This document shows positions 24,960-34,725 of a stretch of 35,575 bases of DNA, piece after piece. Position 1 is the first letter of the stretch, and each line of letters starts with the position of its first letter. Source of the stretch: a virus (lineage: Duplodnaviria; Heunggongvirae; Uroviricota; Caudoviricetes). The stretch lies in the IMG/VR virus record IMGVR_UViG_2579779007_000007, one strand, 5' to 3'. The notes under the pieces are model-generated. The model ran no database searches. It worked only from the letters and a program-made list of their open reading frames with translations, and was not told the origin of the DNA. A program made the translations under genes and the position numbers.

Positions 24960-25612
24960 TGGCAACTATTCAGGAATCATTCAGCAAACTATGCACTAAT
25001 CTTGACTTCATCGAGGTCTACAACGACCAGACAGGTCAGAACGTGTCTAGATTGACGCTACCGCAGCTTTTTTCCACTGGATCGATGTTTCACATTATCG
25101 AAGTGATTACAGCGTCAGGGGACGTTCTACGGCTTACTGATGGGTATTTCGATTTGGACTATAACGGATTTACGTATCTCGCAACGGGTGATTTTCTTCA
25201 AATCTCATCGAATACCGAAGAGAAGGAGATCAACAACAACGGGATCAACGTAACCGTTTCTAACGTTCGCGAAGAATACATTACTCTCATTCGAAACAAG
25301 CAATTCGATAAATCAGATGTGAAAATCGAGATGGTGTTCCTGAACCCCAACACGGGCAAAGTTGAAACCACTTACCCTGTTTTCCGTGGGGTAGTCGATT
25401 CCATCGGGATTAACATCGAACATGAAGATGATGAGTGTAAAAACGAATCAGAATTTCAGCTTAATAGTATCTGGGAAGTTCTAGATAAAAACGCTCGTAG
25501 TCATGCCTCCGATGGTATCCACCGATCCTATGTTGGAAACGAGAACGATCTATTCTTCTCTCGTGCCGGGAAGTGGCAAAGCGAGTCGAAGTGGTTTAGC
25601 TCTAAGAAATAA
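24959..25612 (+). CDS. minor tail protein (gpL-like position)
   Basis: ATG overlaps the upstream TAA (TAATG) and gives MATIQESF... Call is by gene order. Confidence 0.5.
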   Translation: MATIQESFSKLCTNLDFIEVYNDQTGQNVSRLTLPQLFSTGSMFHIIEVITASGDVLRLTDGYFDLDYNGFTYLATGDFLQISSNTEEKEINNNGINVTVSNVREEYITLIRNKQFDKSDVKIEMVFLNPNTGKVETTYPVFRGVVDSIGINIEHEDDECKNESEFQLNSIWEVLDKNARSHASDGIHRSYVGNENDLFFSRAGKWQSESKWFSSKK

Positions 25613-25658
25613 TCCCTTCTCCCTAAGCCTAGTAAATAACAGCATGGAGGTATTCAAC

Positions 25659-26078
25659 ATGCTAAAAACTAGGCTTATCACCGATTACATCAATTCTTTA
25701 ATAGGTCAGGAGTTCGTTCAGGGTGAGAATGATTGCAATCTCATTGCATGTAAGATCATCGATATTCTCGCTGGTACTGACCTATATAATTCTCTTTATA
25801 AAAAATATTCAACTAAAGAAGAAGGCTTGAAAATCTGCAAAGAATTAAGCGGGTATTCAAATATCCTTCAACCAATTAAGAAACATTTCAAATTAGTCAC
25901 TGATGATTTACAGGACGGCGACTTACTGGTCACAGCCCACAAATTAGGAAACCGTAATTATTATTCCGTAGTTCCTCATTATTCCGGTTATGGCCTCGTT
26001 GAAGAAGATGGTATCTGGATGACCATTCCTGTTTCAGACATTGACTATGAACAAGTTTATAGATTCGGGGGTGAATAA
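25659..26078 (+). CDS. tail assembly protein with NlpC/P60-like Cys-His motif (gpK-like)
   Basis: Start at the ATG preceded by GGAGG. Motifs QGENDCNLIAC and VVPHYSGYG. Stop overlaps the next start. Confidence 0.5.
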   Translation: MLKTRLITDYINSLIGQEFVQGENDCNLIACKIIDILAGTDLYNSLYKKYSTKEEGLKICKELSGYSNILQPIKKHFKLVTDDLQDGDLLVTAHKLGNRNYYSVVPHYSGYGLVEEDGIWMTIPVSDIDYEQVYRFGGE

Positions 26079-29000
26079 TGGGATTTGAAATATTAGTAGG
26101 CGCGGTTATTGCTGGTGCGTCTGCTGGGATGGCTGCTGCTGCAACATTTTCTGTTATGACCGCAGTCGCTATCGGTATGGCTGCTGGTGCAATGACCTTG
26201 ATCGCTTCCACTGTAGGCGCACCAAAAACACCGAAAGTACAAAGCCCAGATAATGCGGTGACACTAGGAACATCAAACGATCCGAAGACAGTATTACCCG
26301 TTCTTTTCGGTACTACCCGCACGGGTGCAATCTGCGTTTACAAGGCAATTTCTAAGCAAGAAAACAATAAGTTAGTGCAAATCTTCGCTATTGCCGAGGG
26401 TGAAATCGACCATTACAAAGCACTCTTTATTGATAATAAAAATGTTCTTGTTGGTAAGAACATGACGATCCGTGATGGTATTCTCGATAAGGGCAACATT
26501 AAAGAAGAATATCGTAAAGTATTAGAAGTCGAGTTCCGCACGGGCAAGAATCCTAACACCGCTTTGTCGCTGGCAAAACGTCACTTAGGGTCAGACTGGA
26601 ACGACAACTACAAAGGCAATGGTATTGCAACCATGTGTATTGTGTTACGTCGTGATGACAAATCTCTTGCTGCTGGTGTTGATATTCTCCAGCCTAATAG
26701 CCAGGTGGCAGTAGACGTTTGCGGGTTAAAGATTCGTAACCTTGAAACCAATGCTATTGAGGCTAGCACTAACGGCGTGGACCAGATTTTCCATTATCTG
26801 ACAAATACAAAATATGGTCTTAGTGTACCAATTGAAAACATCAACGTTGATTCATTCCTGAAAGTACGTAAACAAGTACGCCAGATGGACCTACATTCAA
26901 ACGGTGCATGTGATCCGAACGCCAGCTTTAAAGAGAACTTGACCAGTCTTATGCAGACTTTCGGCGGGGTGATGTTCGAATCCTTCGGAAGAATTACCCT
27001 GAAACTGGATGCTCCTGATATTGTTAAGCATACCTTCAATGAAGACAATATTATGATGGGTAAGGTATCACTGAAAACAGGTGGCACTAACGGTTATTTC
27101 AATACCATTAACGCGATGTATCAAGAACCATCAATCGACTATTCAGAGCAAATGCTACGTTATCCGGCTGATGCTGAAAACGATGCTACTATTCGTCAAG
27201 ATGGTCGAATTATCGCTAAAGATATTGAATATCGTTTTGTTAAGTCTAAAGCCCAGATTGATAAACTTGCGAGTATTGAACGAAATAAATCTCGTATCAC
27301 TCAGGTTATCAGCTTTATGACTACTGACGCATTCACTGCCGAAGTTTGGGATGTTATCAGCGTAACCTATGATGAATTGAAACTGAATAATTCCTTATGG
27401 CGTATTACTGCAATTGATCGCTCGATTGATTCTGGTATTGCTGGGATGATGACTATCACCGCTACAGAATATAATTCTCAGGTTTATACTGACCTGAACT
27501 ATGCGGCTAACCCAGATAACCGACCAAGTGGTTTACCGGATTCAATGACAGTACAGAAGCCTACTAATTTCAGAATTAAGGCAACTGGCGAGACGATTTA
27601 CGGTAAAAACGTTACTTTGACATGGGATGCGCCGGAAGATTTTAACCGTTATGGTTTTCAGATTGATTACCGTGTAAGCGGATCACCTAACTGGATTAAG
27701 CTGGGACAGACTTCACAGCAAATTTTCAGTGTCAATGCACTGGCAAAAGATCGTTCTTATGATTACCGAGTTTGTGCTTTCGGTATCATCGCTCGATCCG
27801 ATTGGGTAGAACTGGTTAACCAGAATCCGACTGTTACCTATGAATTGCCGACTCCGGTTATTCGAATCAAAAATCAGGGTAGCACGCCTGGTACTTTCGA
27901 AGGCAATGATCTGATTATCGAATGGGAAAATCAGCAACAATTAGATGTTGAGATCAACGGTGAAACTAACAAGTTTAGTGACCTGTTTGAAGCATACATT
28001 ATCAAGGTGACTAACAAGGCTGGTAAGTCTATTCAGTACCGTACCCGCGATCCTGAATCATGGACTTATACGCTTGATATGAACCAGTTTAACGGCCTTT
28101 CGCGTCAACTGACGGTAGAAGTATCAGCTAAGGGCTATAACAACTCAGAGAGCGCCCCAGCGCGTTTAGTGGCTATCAACCCACAACATAAGCCAATGAA
28201 AGGTTTTAGTGCGCGTGGTGGCTTTAATACTGCGTTTGTTAGCTGGGCGGATGACGTAGAACATGACTATGCAGGGTCAATCATCCAGTATGCAACCGAC
28301 AACACTTTCTCAGATGCAAGGGCAGTAAGTACGAATAGTGTTAGCCATACTTCCTTTGATATTGCTGACGGTGATTATTATATCCGTGGTGCTCACTACG
28401 ATATTTTCGGTATGGATGATGCTGTTTGGTCTGAACCGTATTTCATGCAAATGAAATCTACCATTAGCTGGGACGATCAGGACAAAGAAGCACTGGAAGA
28501 TCTGATCGGTTTACAAGATCGCTTAGATGAAACTATCGCGGATGCTATTAAGCAAGCTGGCGCTAATGCCGATGCTAAAATTGATGCAATGCATAAGCAA
28601 ATCACTACCGAGACGGGTAAAACTGTTCAAGCCTCAGCCGATACCTTAAAGAGTCTGATTGCTTCTGGTGATAAGGCAAGTTCAACTAAGATTGATCAGG
28701 TTAAAGCTGAACTGAAAGGCGATATCACCAAAGAAGTTAGCGCCTCCGCTACAACCCTGAAACAAGCTATTGCTACCAGTGAAGCAGCAAGCGCAAGTAA
28801 GATTGACCAAGTTCGGGTAGAAATGGATGGCAAGATTGCTGGTGTGAATCAGGAAGCGGACGTTAAGATCGATGCTTTGAAAGGAACCATTAACAGCAAA
28901 TACAATCTAGCGGTTAATGCAGATGGTCGCGTGGCTGGTATTCACATGAGCGCAACTAACGATCCGGCACAACCGACTAAAATCATCTTTACGGCTGATA

Positions 29001-29854
29001 AAATTGCTGTAGCTCCGCAGAACGGGACCGATGTTTGCCCGTTTGGTATCGAAGGTAACAAGGTTTATCTCGATAATGCGATGATTCGTAATGCTGCAAT
29101 TGGCACAGCCCAGATTAATGATGCGGCAATTACTACCGCTAAGATCGGCAATGCTGCAATTAACAGCGCGAAGATTCAGGACGGGGCGATCACCAATGCG
29201 AAGATCGTAAACGGTGCTATTGATAACGCCAAAATTGGTAACTATATCCAGTCTTCCAACTGGAACGGATCAACCGGATGGCATATCAACAAGAACGGGT
29301 CCGCTACGTTCATGAACGCTACCGTTAAAGGTAATATCACGGCTGATTCTGGTACTCTGAACAACGTCACGATTAACTCTAGCTGTGTTATTAAGGGTAT
29401 GCTTGAAGCTACTCAGGTTAAGGGTGATTTCGTTAAGGTGATTGGTCGTAAGTTCCCACACCGTGATGTTAACGTTGATAATGGTTATGGCGGCTATCCG
29501 CAAGGTACAGTAACCGTTCGCGTTGAAGATGATCACAAGTTCGATCGTCAAATCGTTATTCCGGCGATTAGTTTTGGTGGATTGCGAGCGCGTGAAGGGT
29601 CGAACAATAATACCTATTACGACACCTGTCGCCTGATTGTTCGTAAGAATGGGTCAGAGTTGTATAATAGGGCGTATGGCGGTAATACTGGTCTTTACTC
29701 AGGTGTTATTGATATGCCAGCGGGTAAAGGTGCTGTGACCTTGACCTTTGAAGTGCAATCAAGCGCAATCAACAACTGGACGCCTAGCACATGGATCAGT
29801 GATTTAACTGTAATGGTAACTAAAAAAGCCACTACGGGTATTACTGTTTCTTAA
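26078..29854 (+). CDS. central tail fibre / host specificity protein: gpI C-domain-like N-terminus fused to gpJ-like body
   Basis: 1258 aa. N-terminal Gly/Ala-rich hydrophobic segment plus PVLFGTTRTG resembles the lambda gpI C-terminal half. FN3-like repeats. C-terminal DDHKFDRQIVIPA...VIDMPAGKGAVTLTF...VMVTKKATTGITVS resembles the lambda J receptor-binding domain. Confidence 0.85.
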   Translation: MGFEILVGAVIAGASAGMAAAATFSVMTAVAIGMAAGAMTLIASTVGAPKTPKVQSPDNAVTLGTSNDPKTVLPVLFGTTRTGAICVYKAISKQENNKLVQIFAIAEGEIDHYKALFIDNKNVLVGKNMTIRDGILDKGNIKEEYRKVLEVEFRTGKNPNTALSLAKRHLGSDWNDNYKGNGIATMCIVLRRDDKSLAAGVDILQPNSQVAVDVCGLKIRNLETNAIEASTNGVDQIFHYLTNTKYGLSVPIENINVDSFLKVRKQVRQMDLHSNGACDPNASFKENLTSLMQTFGGVMFESFGRITLKLDAPDIVKHTFNEDNIMMGKVSLKTGGTNGYFNTINAMYQEPSIDYSEQMLRYPADAENDATIRQDGRIIAKDIEYRFVKSKAQIDKLASIERNKSRITQVISFMTTDAFTAEVWDVISVTYDELKLNNSLWRITAIDRSIDSGIAGMMTITATEYNSQVYTDLNYAANPDNRPSGLPDSMTVQKPTNFRIKATGETIYGKNVTLTWDAPEDFNRYGFQIDYRVSGSPNWIKLGQTSQQIFSVNALAKDRSYDYRVCAFGIIARSDWVELVNQNPTVTYELPTPVIRIKNQGSTPGTFEGNDLIIEWENQQQLDVEINGETNKFSDLFEAYIIKVTNKAGKSIQYRTRDPESWTYTLDMNQFNGLSRQLTVEVSAKGYNNSESAPARLVAINPQHKPMKGFSARGGFNTAFVSWADDVEHDYAGSIIQYATDNTFSDARAVSTNSVSHTSFDIADGDYYIRGAHYDIFGMDDAVWSEPYFMQMKSTISWDDQDKEALEDLIGLQDRLDETIADAIKQAGANADAKIDAMHKQITTETGKTVQASADTLKSLIASGDKASSTKIDQVKAELKGDITKEVSASATTLKQAIATSEAASASKIDQVRVEMDGKIAGVNQEADVKIDALKGTINSKYNLAVNADGRVAGIHMSATNDPAQPTKIIFTADKIAVAPQNGTDVCPFGIEGNKVYLDNAMIRNAAIGTAQINDAAITTAKIGNAAINSAKIQDGAITNAKIVNGAIDNAKIGNYIQSSNWNGSTGWHINKNGSATFMNATVKGNITADSGTLNNVTINSSCVIKGMLEATQVKGDFVKVIGRKFPHRDVNVDNGYGGYPQGTVTVRVEDDHKFDRQIVIPAISFGGLRAREGSNNNTYYDTCRLIVRKNGSELYNRAYGGNTGLYSGVIDMPAGKGAVTLTFEVQSSAINNWTPSTWISDLTVMVTKKATTGITVS

Positions 29855-29873
29855 AAATTTAATTTTAATAATT

Positions 29874-29916
29874 AATCCCGCTTAATTCTTTTGAGTTAGG
29901 CGGGATTATTTTTATC
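29874..29916 (+). terminator. strong intrinsic terminator after the J-like gene
   Basis: Roughly 15-bp stem (AATCCCGCTTAATTC...GAGTTAGGCGGGATT) followed by TATTTTTAT. Confidence 0.65.
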
Positions 29917-29958
29917 TAAATAATTCTGCCATTAAATTATAAAAATATCGGGGGCGTA

Positions 29959-30237
29959 ATGACTGAAATTATATATGGCGGTATCGGTGTTATCGCCTTA
30001 ATTTGCGGTGGTCTTTGGAGACTTCACCGAAATCAATTAGCAACTGAAAATAGATTGTCGAAATTGGAATCCAGCGACGCATTGTTAAACCAGAAGTTTG
30101 AGACGATGCAGAATAACCATACTCAGATTGCTGAACGTGTTTACCAAATGGAACAAACACTACACGGTATAGAGAAGAAAGTGGTTGCGATGGACGCCAA
30201 ATTTGACCAAGTTCTCGACATACTCAAACAAAAATAA
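29959..30237 (+). CDS. membrane protein with N-terminal TM helix and coiled coil (holin- or i-spanin-like)
   Basis: 92 aa: IIYGGIGVIALICGGLW followed by a heptad-rich region. RBS GGGGG. Confidence 0.5.
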   Translation: MTEIIYGGIGVIALICGGLWRLHRNQLATENRLSKLESSDALLNQKFETMQNNHTQIAERVYQMEQTLHGIEKKVVAMDAKFDQVLDILKQK

Positions 30238-30255
30238 TAATAAAGGGGTGAATAT

Positions 30256-30426
30256 ATGAAGAATAAACTTAAGAAATATTTTGGTTATCTCTTGATTGTC
30301 GCCCTCACTTATAACGTAGCTATTAGACCTCTGCTAACGTCCTTTGGGCTTGAACTCCCGGCTATGACCGTGGATGAACAATTGCTAAGGACACTGGCGG
30401 GGGTCTTTTCGTTATTAGGGGGCTAA
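30256..30426 (+). CDS. small membrane protein (56 aa), holin-like candidate
   Basis: Manual translation MKNKLKKYFGYLLIVALTYNVAIRPLL... RBS AGGGGTG. Stop is 1 nt before the next start. Confidence 0.4.
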   Translation: MKNKLKKYFGYLLIVALTYNVAIRPLLTSFGLELPAMTVDEQLLRTLAGVFSLLGG

Positions 30427-30427
30427 C

Positions 30428-31111
30428 ATGGCAACCAGTACCAATAAACGAAACGCTCTAAGGACTAAGAAAGCGTTACGGCAATGGTCTGAAAAGGCAA
30501 CCGATACATTCGAAAAGGCACTAGGGGAAGGGGCGATCTTTGCTTCCAGAGCACTCCAGAAGAAGATTAACAAGAATGTTGATAGACCTACTCGATGGAC
30601 TCAGCAAGCTGTAGGTAATACCAACTACAAGAACCGATCAGGGACGAGACACCAAATCTTCATCAAGGGCGCAAGGGATAAGGACAAGAAGATCGGCAGT
30701 CAGGATGACTATCTGAAACACTATTTCGATGGGGGAAAAATCAATAAGCTAGTTCCAATCGCCAACGGTAAGGTCTTAGACGCCCACGGGAACATTAAGG
30801 CCATCAAAGGCGGTAAGATGATGCGTAACATCGAAAACGGCAACTTCATCAAGGTAGAGAACAAGGAAGGGACTTTTATCATGAAGAAGTACAAGCCTAA
30901 GAAATCCCGAACCAAACGCGCTAAGAATGGATCGGCGGTGGCAAAACGTCGCTTAGAGAAACGCATACAGAAACAGAGTAAGCGAATCGTTGCCGTTAAA
31001 TCGGATAAAATTTCTACTCGTTATTCGACGCTAGGATCGTGGGAAAGCAACGAGGAAATGATGCTTAAGAACATTAATAAGCACATTAAATCGCGCATGA
31101 GATACGTTTAA
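30428..31111 (+). CDS. hypothetical highly basic protein (227 aa)
   Basis: Very K/R-rich ORF with no family recognised, placed among the lysis genes. Confidence 0.6.
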   Translation: MATSTNKRNALRTKKALRQWSEKATDTFEKALGEGAIFASRALQKKINKNVDRPTRWTQQAVGNTNYKNRSGTRHQIFIKGARDKDKKIGSQDDYLKHYFDGGKINKLVPIANGKVLDAHGNIKAIKGGKMMRNIENGNFIKVENKEGTFIMKKYKPKKSRTKRAKNGSAVAKRRLEKRIQKQSKRIVAVKSDKISTRYSTLGSWESNEEMMLKNINKHIKSRMRYV

Positions 31112-31149
31112 TCCATAAATACCCTCATAGAATCTTATGGGGGTATAAC

Positions 31150-31497
31150 ATGGCTAAAAATATTTTCACTGAATTTCCTACTTATCCGGTCGATCAGCTT
31201 TCCGGTATTTTTATTAATGGCATTAGTCCAGAATCAATGACTTATGATTTTGAGGCGAAGAGAGTTAAACATAAACAATATAAAGAATGTATCCGTGACC
31301 ATGAAAAGGGGACCGTGTTTTGTGTCGCTACATTGGCTAAACGTCCTAAGTATCGTTTTCGTGTCGGGCAAGAAGTCGATGTAGTTAATCCTTATAGCTT
31401 TAATTGTCTGGGCGATGCACGCGCGGTGTGTGTAGGTACTGCTCCTTATTATATCAAGGGTATGCGCTTTATTGGTTATATCTTCGAAATGATCTAA
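31150..31497 (+). CDS. hypothetical protein (115 aa)
   Basis: ORF with RBS GGGGGTATAA. Confidence 0.55.
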   Translation: MAKNIFTEFPTYPVDQLSGIFINGISPESMTYDFEAKRVKHKQYKECIRDHEKGTVFCVATLAKRPKYRFRVGQEVDVVNPYSFNCLGDARAVCVGTAPYYIKGMRFIGYIFEMI

Positions 31498-31506
31498 GGG
31501 GGTAAT

Positions 31507-31860
31507 ATGTTAAGCAAACATTTTTCTCGCAAGGAATTTAAATGTAAATGCGGAAAATGTGATTATGATACAATCGACGCTGAATTACTGGTAATTCTTG
31601 AGGATGTACGAGAGCACTTCGGTAAACCAGTGATTATTAACAGTGGCAACCGTTGCCCGACTCATAACAAGAATGTAGGCGGGGCAGCCAATAGCTATCA
31701 CGTTCGAGGCCGTGCGGCTGACATTGTTATCAAGGGTGTCTCACCTGATATTGTTCATGCTTATCTTGATGGGAAATATCCTACTCAATACGGCTTAGGA
31801 AAATATAAAACATTTACGCATATCGATTCCAGATCAAAAAAATCACGGTGGAATGGATAA
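31507..31860 (+). CDS. peptidase M15-family peptidoglycan peptidase (putative endolysin)
   Basis: 117 aa. SYHVRGRAADI and a downstream His match the M15 zinc-peptidase H..G.A.D pattern, the class that includes T5-type endolysins. Confidence 0.65.
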   Translation: MLSKHFSRKEFKCKCGKCDYDTIDAELLVILEDVREHFGKPVIINSGNRCPTHNKNVGGAANSYHVRGRAADIVIKGVSPDIVHAYLDGKYPTQYGLGKYKTFTHIDSRSKKSRWNG

Positions 31861-31864
31861 AACA

Positions 31865-31892
31865 AAAGCGCCTCTGGTGGGCGCTTTTTTGT
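31865..31892 (+). terminator. intrinsic terminator after the endolysin
   Basis: AAAGCGCC-tctggtg-GGCGCTTT followed by TTTTTT. Confidence 0.65.
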
Positions 31893-32071
31893 TAGAATAT
31901 GCTGGCGACGTTAGCTATATTTCTGACCATTTTTTCATTATAGACAAATATACCGCAGACGATAAAGTCGTTTTTGACGAAGTAGATCCGTCTCTGGTTG
32001 AAGTAATGAAAGAACCGGAAGACCTAGAGCTTGATTTAAGCCAATTATAGACTCTCTAACGCAATTAAATT

Positions 32072-32100
32072 AAAAAGGGGTACGGATGTACCCCTTAAAG
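32072..32100. terminator. bidirectional hairpin between convergent transcription units
   Basis: AAAAA-GGGGTAC-ggat-GTACCCC-TTAAAG. Confidence 0.45.
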
Positions 32101-32132
32101 CGTTTGGTTCGTTATACGGCGATTTAGGCCGC

Positions 32133-32390
32133 CTATGATTTATTTTCTTGTTCTATGAAAATCTTTCTCACCTCATCAGAATAAATGTCTAGTGATTCCT
32201 CATAACATTTTCTGTATTCATCGTAATTACTGGTGGTCTTTTGACATAGCAATTTCAATGTCTTATGTGCTCCATCAATGAAAGCATCTTCTCTATAGGT
32301 TAGCGGTCTACGCATTTCTTGGTCTACGGTTGCCAATGCCAAGCAAGAATTCATAGATAAAATCAAACCTAAAATCTTAATCATCTTCAT
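32133..32390 (-). CDS. small secreted protein (signal peptide, about 85 aa)
   Basis: MKMIKILGLILSMNSCLALA-TVDQ... Begins 4 nt after the recombinase stop on the same strand. The ORF-track start at 32405 is a TTG. Confidence 0.5.
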   Translation of the reverse strand: MKMIKILGLILSMNSCLALATVDQEMRRPLTYREDAFIDGAHKTLKLLCQKTTSNYDEYRKCYEESLDIYSDEVRKIFIEQENKS

Positions 32391-32394
32391 TAGC

Positions 32395-34074
32395 TTAAAT
32401 TCCAAATTCTTGTAATGGACCTGGTATTTCTTCTTCTGGTTTCCAGTTCTTATCTGTCAGCATGTCTAAACATGGATGCAGAACAAGCCCGTTACTCTCC
32501 AGAATCTGCCTATCATTGATAGTCTTCAAATCAACGAAGATCCGGCCTTTCCTCGGTCCTCTTGAATTTTCTATTACAACTCTCTGGGTCTTGCCATCGA
32601 TGTATTCCAGTACAAACAAGTTTTTGTACTTGTCAATCCTGCTACACCCGATCCGTTTTAGAGCTTGCTTAATCTTAAACCGGACCTTAATGCGATCCTC
32701 GTTGTAAACATCTTCTAAATCAAATTCTGCGAGCTTCTCCCAGCCTTGAGAGTCAACAGAATACATTTCCTCTTCTGCCATCTTAAGTTGATTGTAGAGT
32801 GTTTCACGCTCGCTATTGAGGGTAGTAATCTGATCGGCTAGCTCCTTCGTTGCTCCTGTCATAGCAGAAAGGGTAATCAGGTTATCAATCTTGCGTGATA
32901 TTTCATCAATCTGTACTTTCAAAGCCGGAACCGGATTAGCCTTATCTTCAGCAATCCAGATTTTATCAGCCAGCAATTGCAATACAGCTTTCTCTAATTG
33001 GTCGCCGCGAAAACTCCAGTTTGTATGCACACATTCAATACGACTAGAGCGCATTGCATCGCATGAATAACGATATTGGTTAGGCCGTCTGTTTGTTCCT
33101 TTCACCTTAACCATAGCGGAACCGCAATGTTCACATTTCAATAGACCAACACCACTAAGCAAGGGAATAGGTTTAGCTTCTTCTTTGTCTCCAAAGTTAC
33201 ATGCTCTAACACCAATGCTTTTCTTAAGGTGATAAAACTCAGCGTCATCTAGCACACGAGGATAATAATCCTTTAACTCATACTTAACGCCATCTACAGA
33301 GATTTCCTTGATACCAATCAAAGCGCGGGTATGGAACAACCTTTCAATCATTGCCCGTGACCAGTTTGAATGCCTCTTGTGACTTGCGGCTGGTGGTGGT
33401 GTGTATGTCGCGTTAAGGTGATCCAGTATCTCGGCGGTTGACCGTCCATTCCTGCGTAATTCCACAACTTCCTGAACAATAGGGAAGAAGACCGGATGAG
33501 GAAGCACATAACCAGATGTGGTATCAGTCCACCACATATTCTTTCCAATTTCCTCGATTGCAACAGCCGGATTTTGTGGATTTTCTTGATGAGCTTTAAT
33601 CTTAATCAGTGCGCTTGAGTTAGTACGATTGCGCTTAGTCTGGCTTTCCTCATTACCACGGATGAATAAAAGGATGGAGAACATCAGGTCCATCGGGTTA
33701 GCGGTAACAGTATCAAGCGAGTAGATCTTGTTATCCATGCCAGTAACAATGGTTATCCCCCTACGGATGATTGAAAGGAATAACTCCTGCGCACTGACAA
33801 TATCGGCACGGGATAAACGGTCCAAGTTTTCGATGAATAGCCAGCTACCAACAGGAACGGATCTACCTATTGCATCAAGGAAACGAGATAGCGCCCCTGT
33901 TTTGGAGTTAGCACCCTTAAACGCAGATACACCCAGATCCTGATAATCATTTACCAGTTCAAGGTCATACTTTACCGCAATCTCTCTAGCCATCCTGATT
34001 TGTCGTTCATAACTCGAACCATCATTCTGACGCATAGACGAGAAGCGAATATACGAATACAGTTTAGTTTTCAT
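32395..34074 (-). CDS. large serine recombinase (candidate integrase)
   Basis: About 560 aa. N-terminal resolvase-type motif YIRFSSMRQ, recombinase domain, zinc-ribbon cysteines (CEHCGSAM...YRYSC), C-terminal coiled coil. ATG start at 34074; the ORF track uses a TTG at 34089. Confidence 0.85.
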   Translation of the reverse strand: MKTKLYSYIRFSSMRQNDGSSYERQIRMAREIAVKYDLELVNDYQDLGVSAFKGANSKTGALSRFLDAIGRSVPVGSWLFIENLDRLSRADIVSAQELFLSIIRRGITIVTGMDNKIYSLDTVTANPMDLMFSILLFIRGNEESQTKRNRTNSSALIKIKAHQENPQNPAVAIEEIGKNMWWTDTTSGYVLPHPVFFPIVQEVVELRRNGRSTAEILDHLNATYTPPPAASHKRHSNWSRAMIERLFHTRALIGIKEISVDGVKYELKDYYPRVLDDAEFYHLKKSIGVRACNFGDKEEAKPIPLLSGVGLLKCEHCGSAMVKVKGTNRRPNQYRYSCDAMRSSRIECVHTNWSFRGDQLEKAVLQLLADKIWIAEDKANPVPALKVQIDEISRKIDNLITLSAMTGATKELADQITTLNSERETLYNQLKMAEEEMYSVDSQGWEKLAEFDLEDVYNEDRIKVRFKIKQALKRIGCSRIDKYKNLFVLEYIDGKTQRVVIENSRGPRKGRIFVDLKTINDRQILESNGLVLHPCLDMLTDKNWKPEEEIPGPLQEFGI

Positions 34075-34081
34075 ACCATTT

Positions 34082-34123
34082 CCAAACAAAAACGCCCCTA
34101 CCGCGTATTATAACGATAGGGGC
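34082..34123 (-). terminator. minus-strand terminator upstream of the recombinase
   Basis: On the minus strand: GCCCCTATCG-loop-CGGTAGGGGC followed by GUUUUUGUUUGG. The loop contains TATAAT. Confidence 0.4.
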
Positions 34124-34137
34124 TAGGTGATTAAAGA

Positions 34138-34557
34138 TTAAAGAATTTCACGGCAGCTAATCAGGGAATAAGACGTATCACCTTTTTTAACATCAAATAT
34201 AGGCGCGCCATCTACAGAATGCAGATATTTGATGTAGGATTTACCATCTTCGGAACCATAATATTCTTCTTTCTCGTTCTTATCTTCTTTCAGTTTTGGG
34301 CTTTTGATTGTTTTATCAAATACCGGATCGTTGAAAGCAAATTGACTATTATCATCATTCACTCGAACCTTTACACCGATAAAACCACGGTATTTGCCAG
34401 ACGGCGCATGATAATAACGGTCGCCATCACTCAGGTAGCGTGTATCATCTCCTTTATATTCGAAGTAGGAATTGCACACATAATAGGTATAGGTATTAGC
34501 ATTCGCAGCACCAACCAAACCCAGAGCAAGAACAACACCAGCGATAATCTTTTTCAT
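34138..34557 (-). CDS. secreted hypothetical protein (139 aa)
   Basis: Signal peptide MKKIIAGVVLALGLVGAANA. RBS AGAGGA. Confidence 0.6.
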   Translation of the reverse strand: MKKIIAGVVLALGLVGAANANTYTYYVCNSYFEYKGDDTRYLSDGDRYYHAPSGKYRGFIGVKVRVNDDNSQFAFNDPVFDKTIKSPKLKEDKNEKEEYYGSEDGKSYIKYLHSVDGAPIFDVKKGDTSYSLISCREIL

Positions 34558-34602
34558 AGTAGAATTTCCTCTTGTTGTTTGAATTACGATATATTTATAT
34601 CA

Positions 34603-34725
34603 TTAAAAGTTAATGCTAATAATCAGACCAAACACAACCGCACCAATCAAATCAATCCAGTTAATACACAGCGAATATTCTTTCTTGAATGTCTTAGATG
34701 AAATGCCATCATGAAATTGTTTCAT
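34603..34725 (-). CDS. possible small membrane peptide (40 aa)
   Basis: Manual translation MKQFHDGISSKTFKKEYSLCINWIDLIGAVVFGLIISINF. RBS-like GGGGTGA very close to the ATG. Confidence 0.2.
   Translation of the reverse strand: MKQFHDGISSKTFKKEYSLCINWIDLIGAVVFGLIISINF

Noticed and set aside
31853-32050. 65-aa plus-strand ORF after the endolysin
   Set aside because: Its first 13 codons contain the endolysin terminator hairpin and T-run, so it is more likely untranslated 3-prime sequence.
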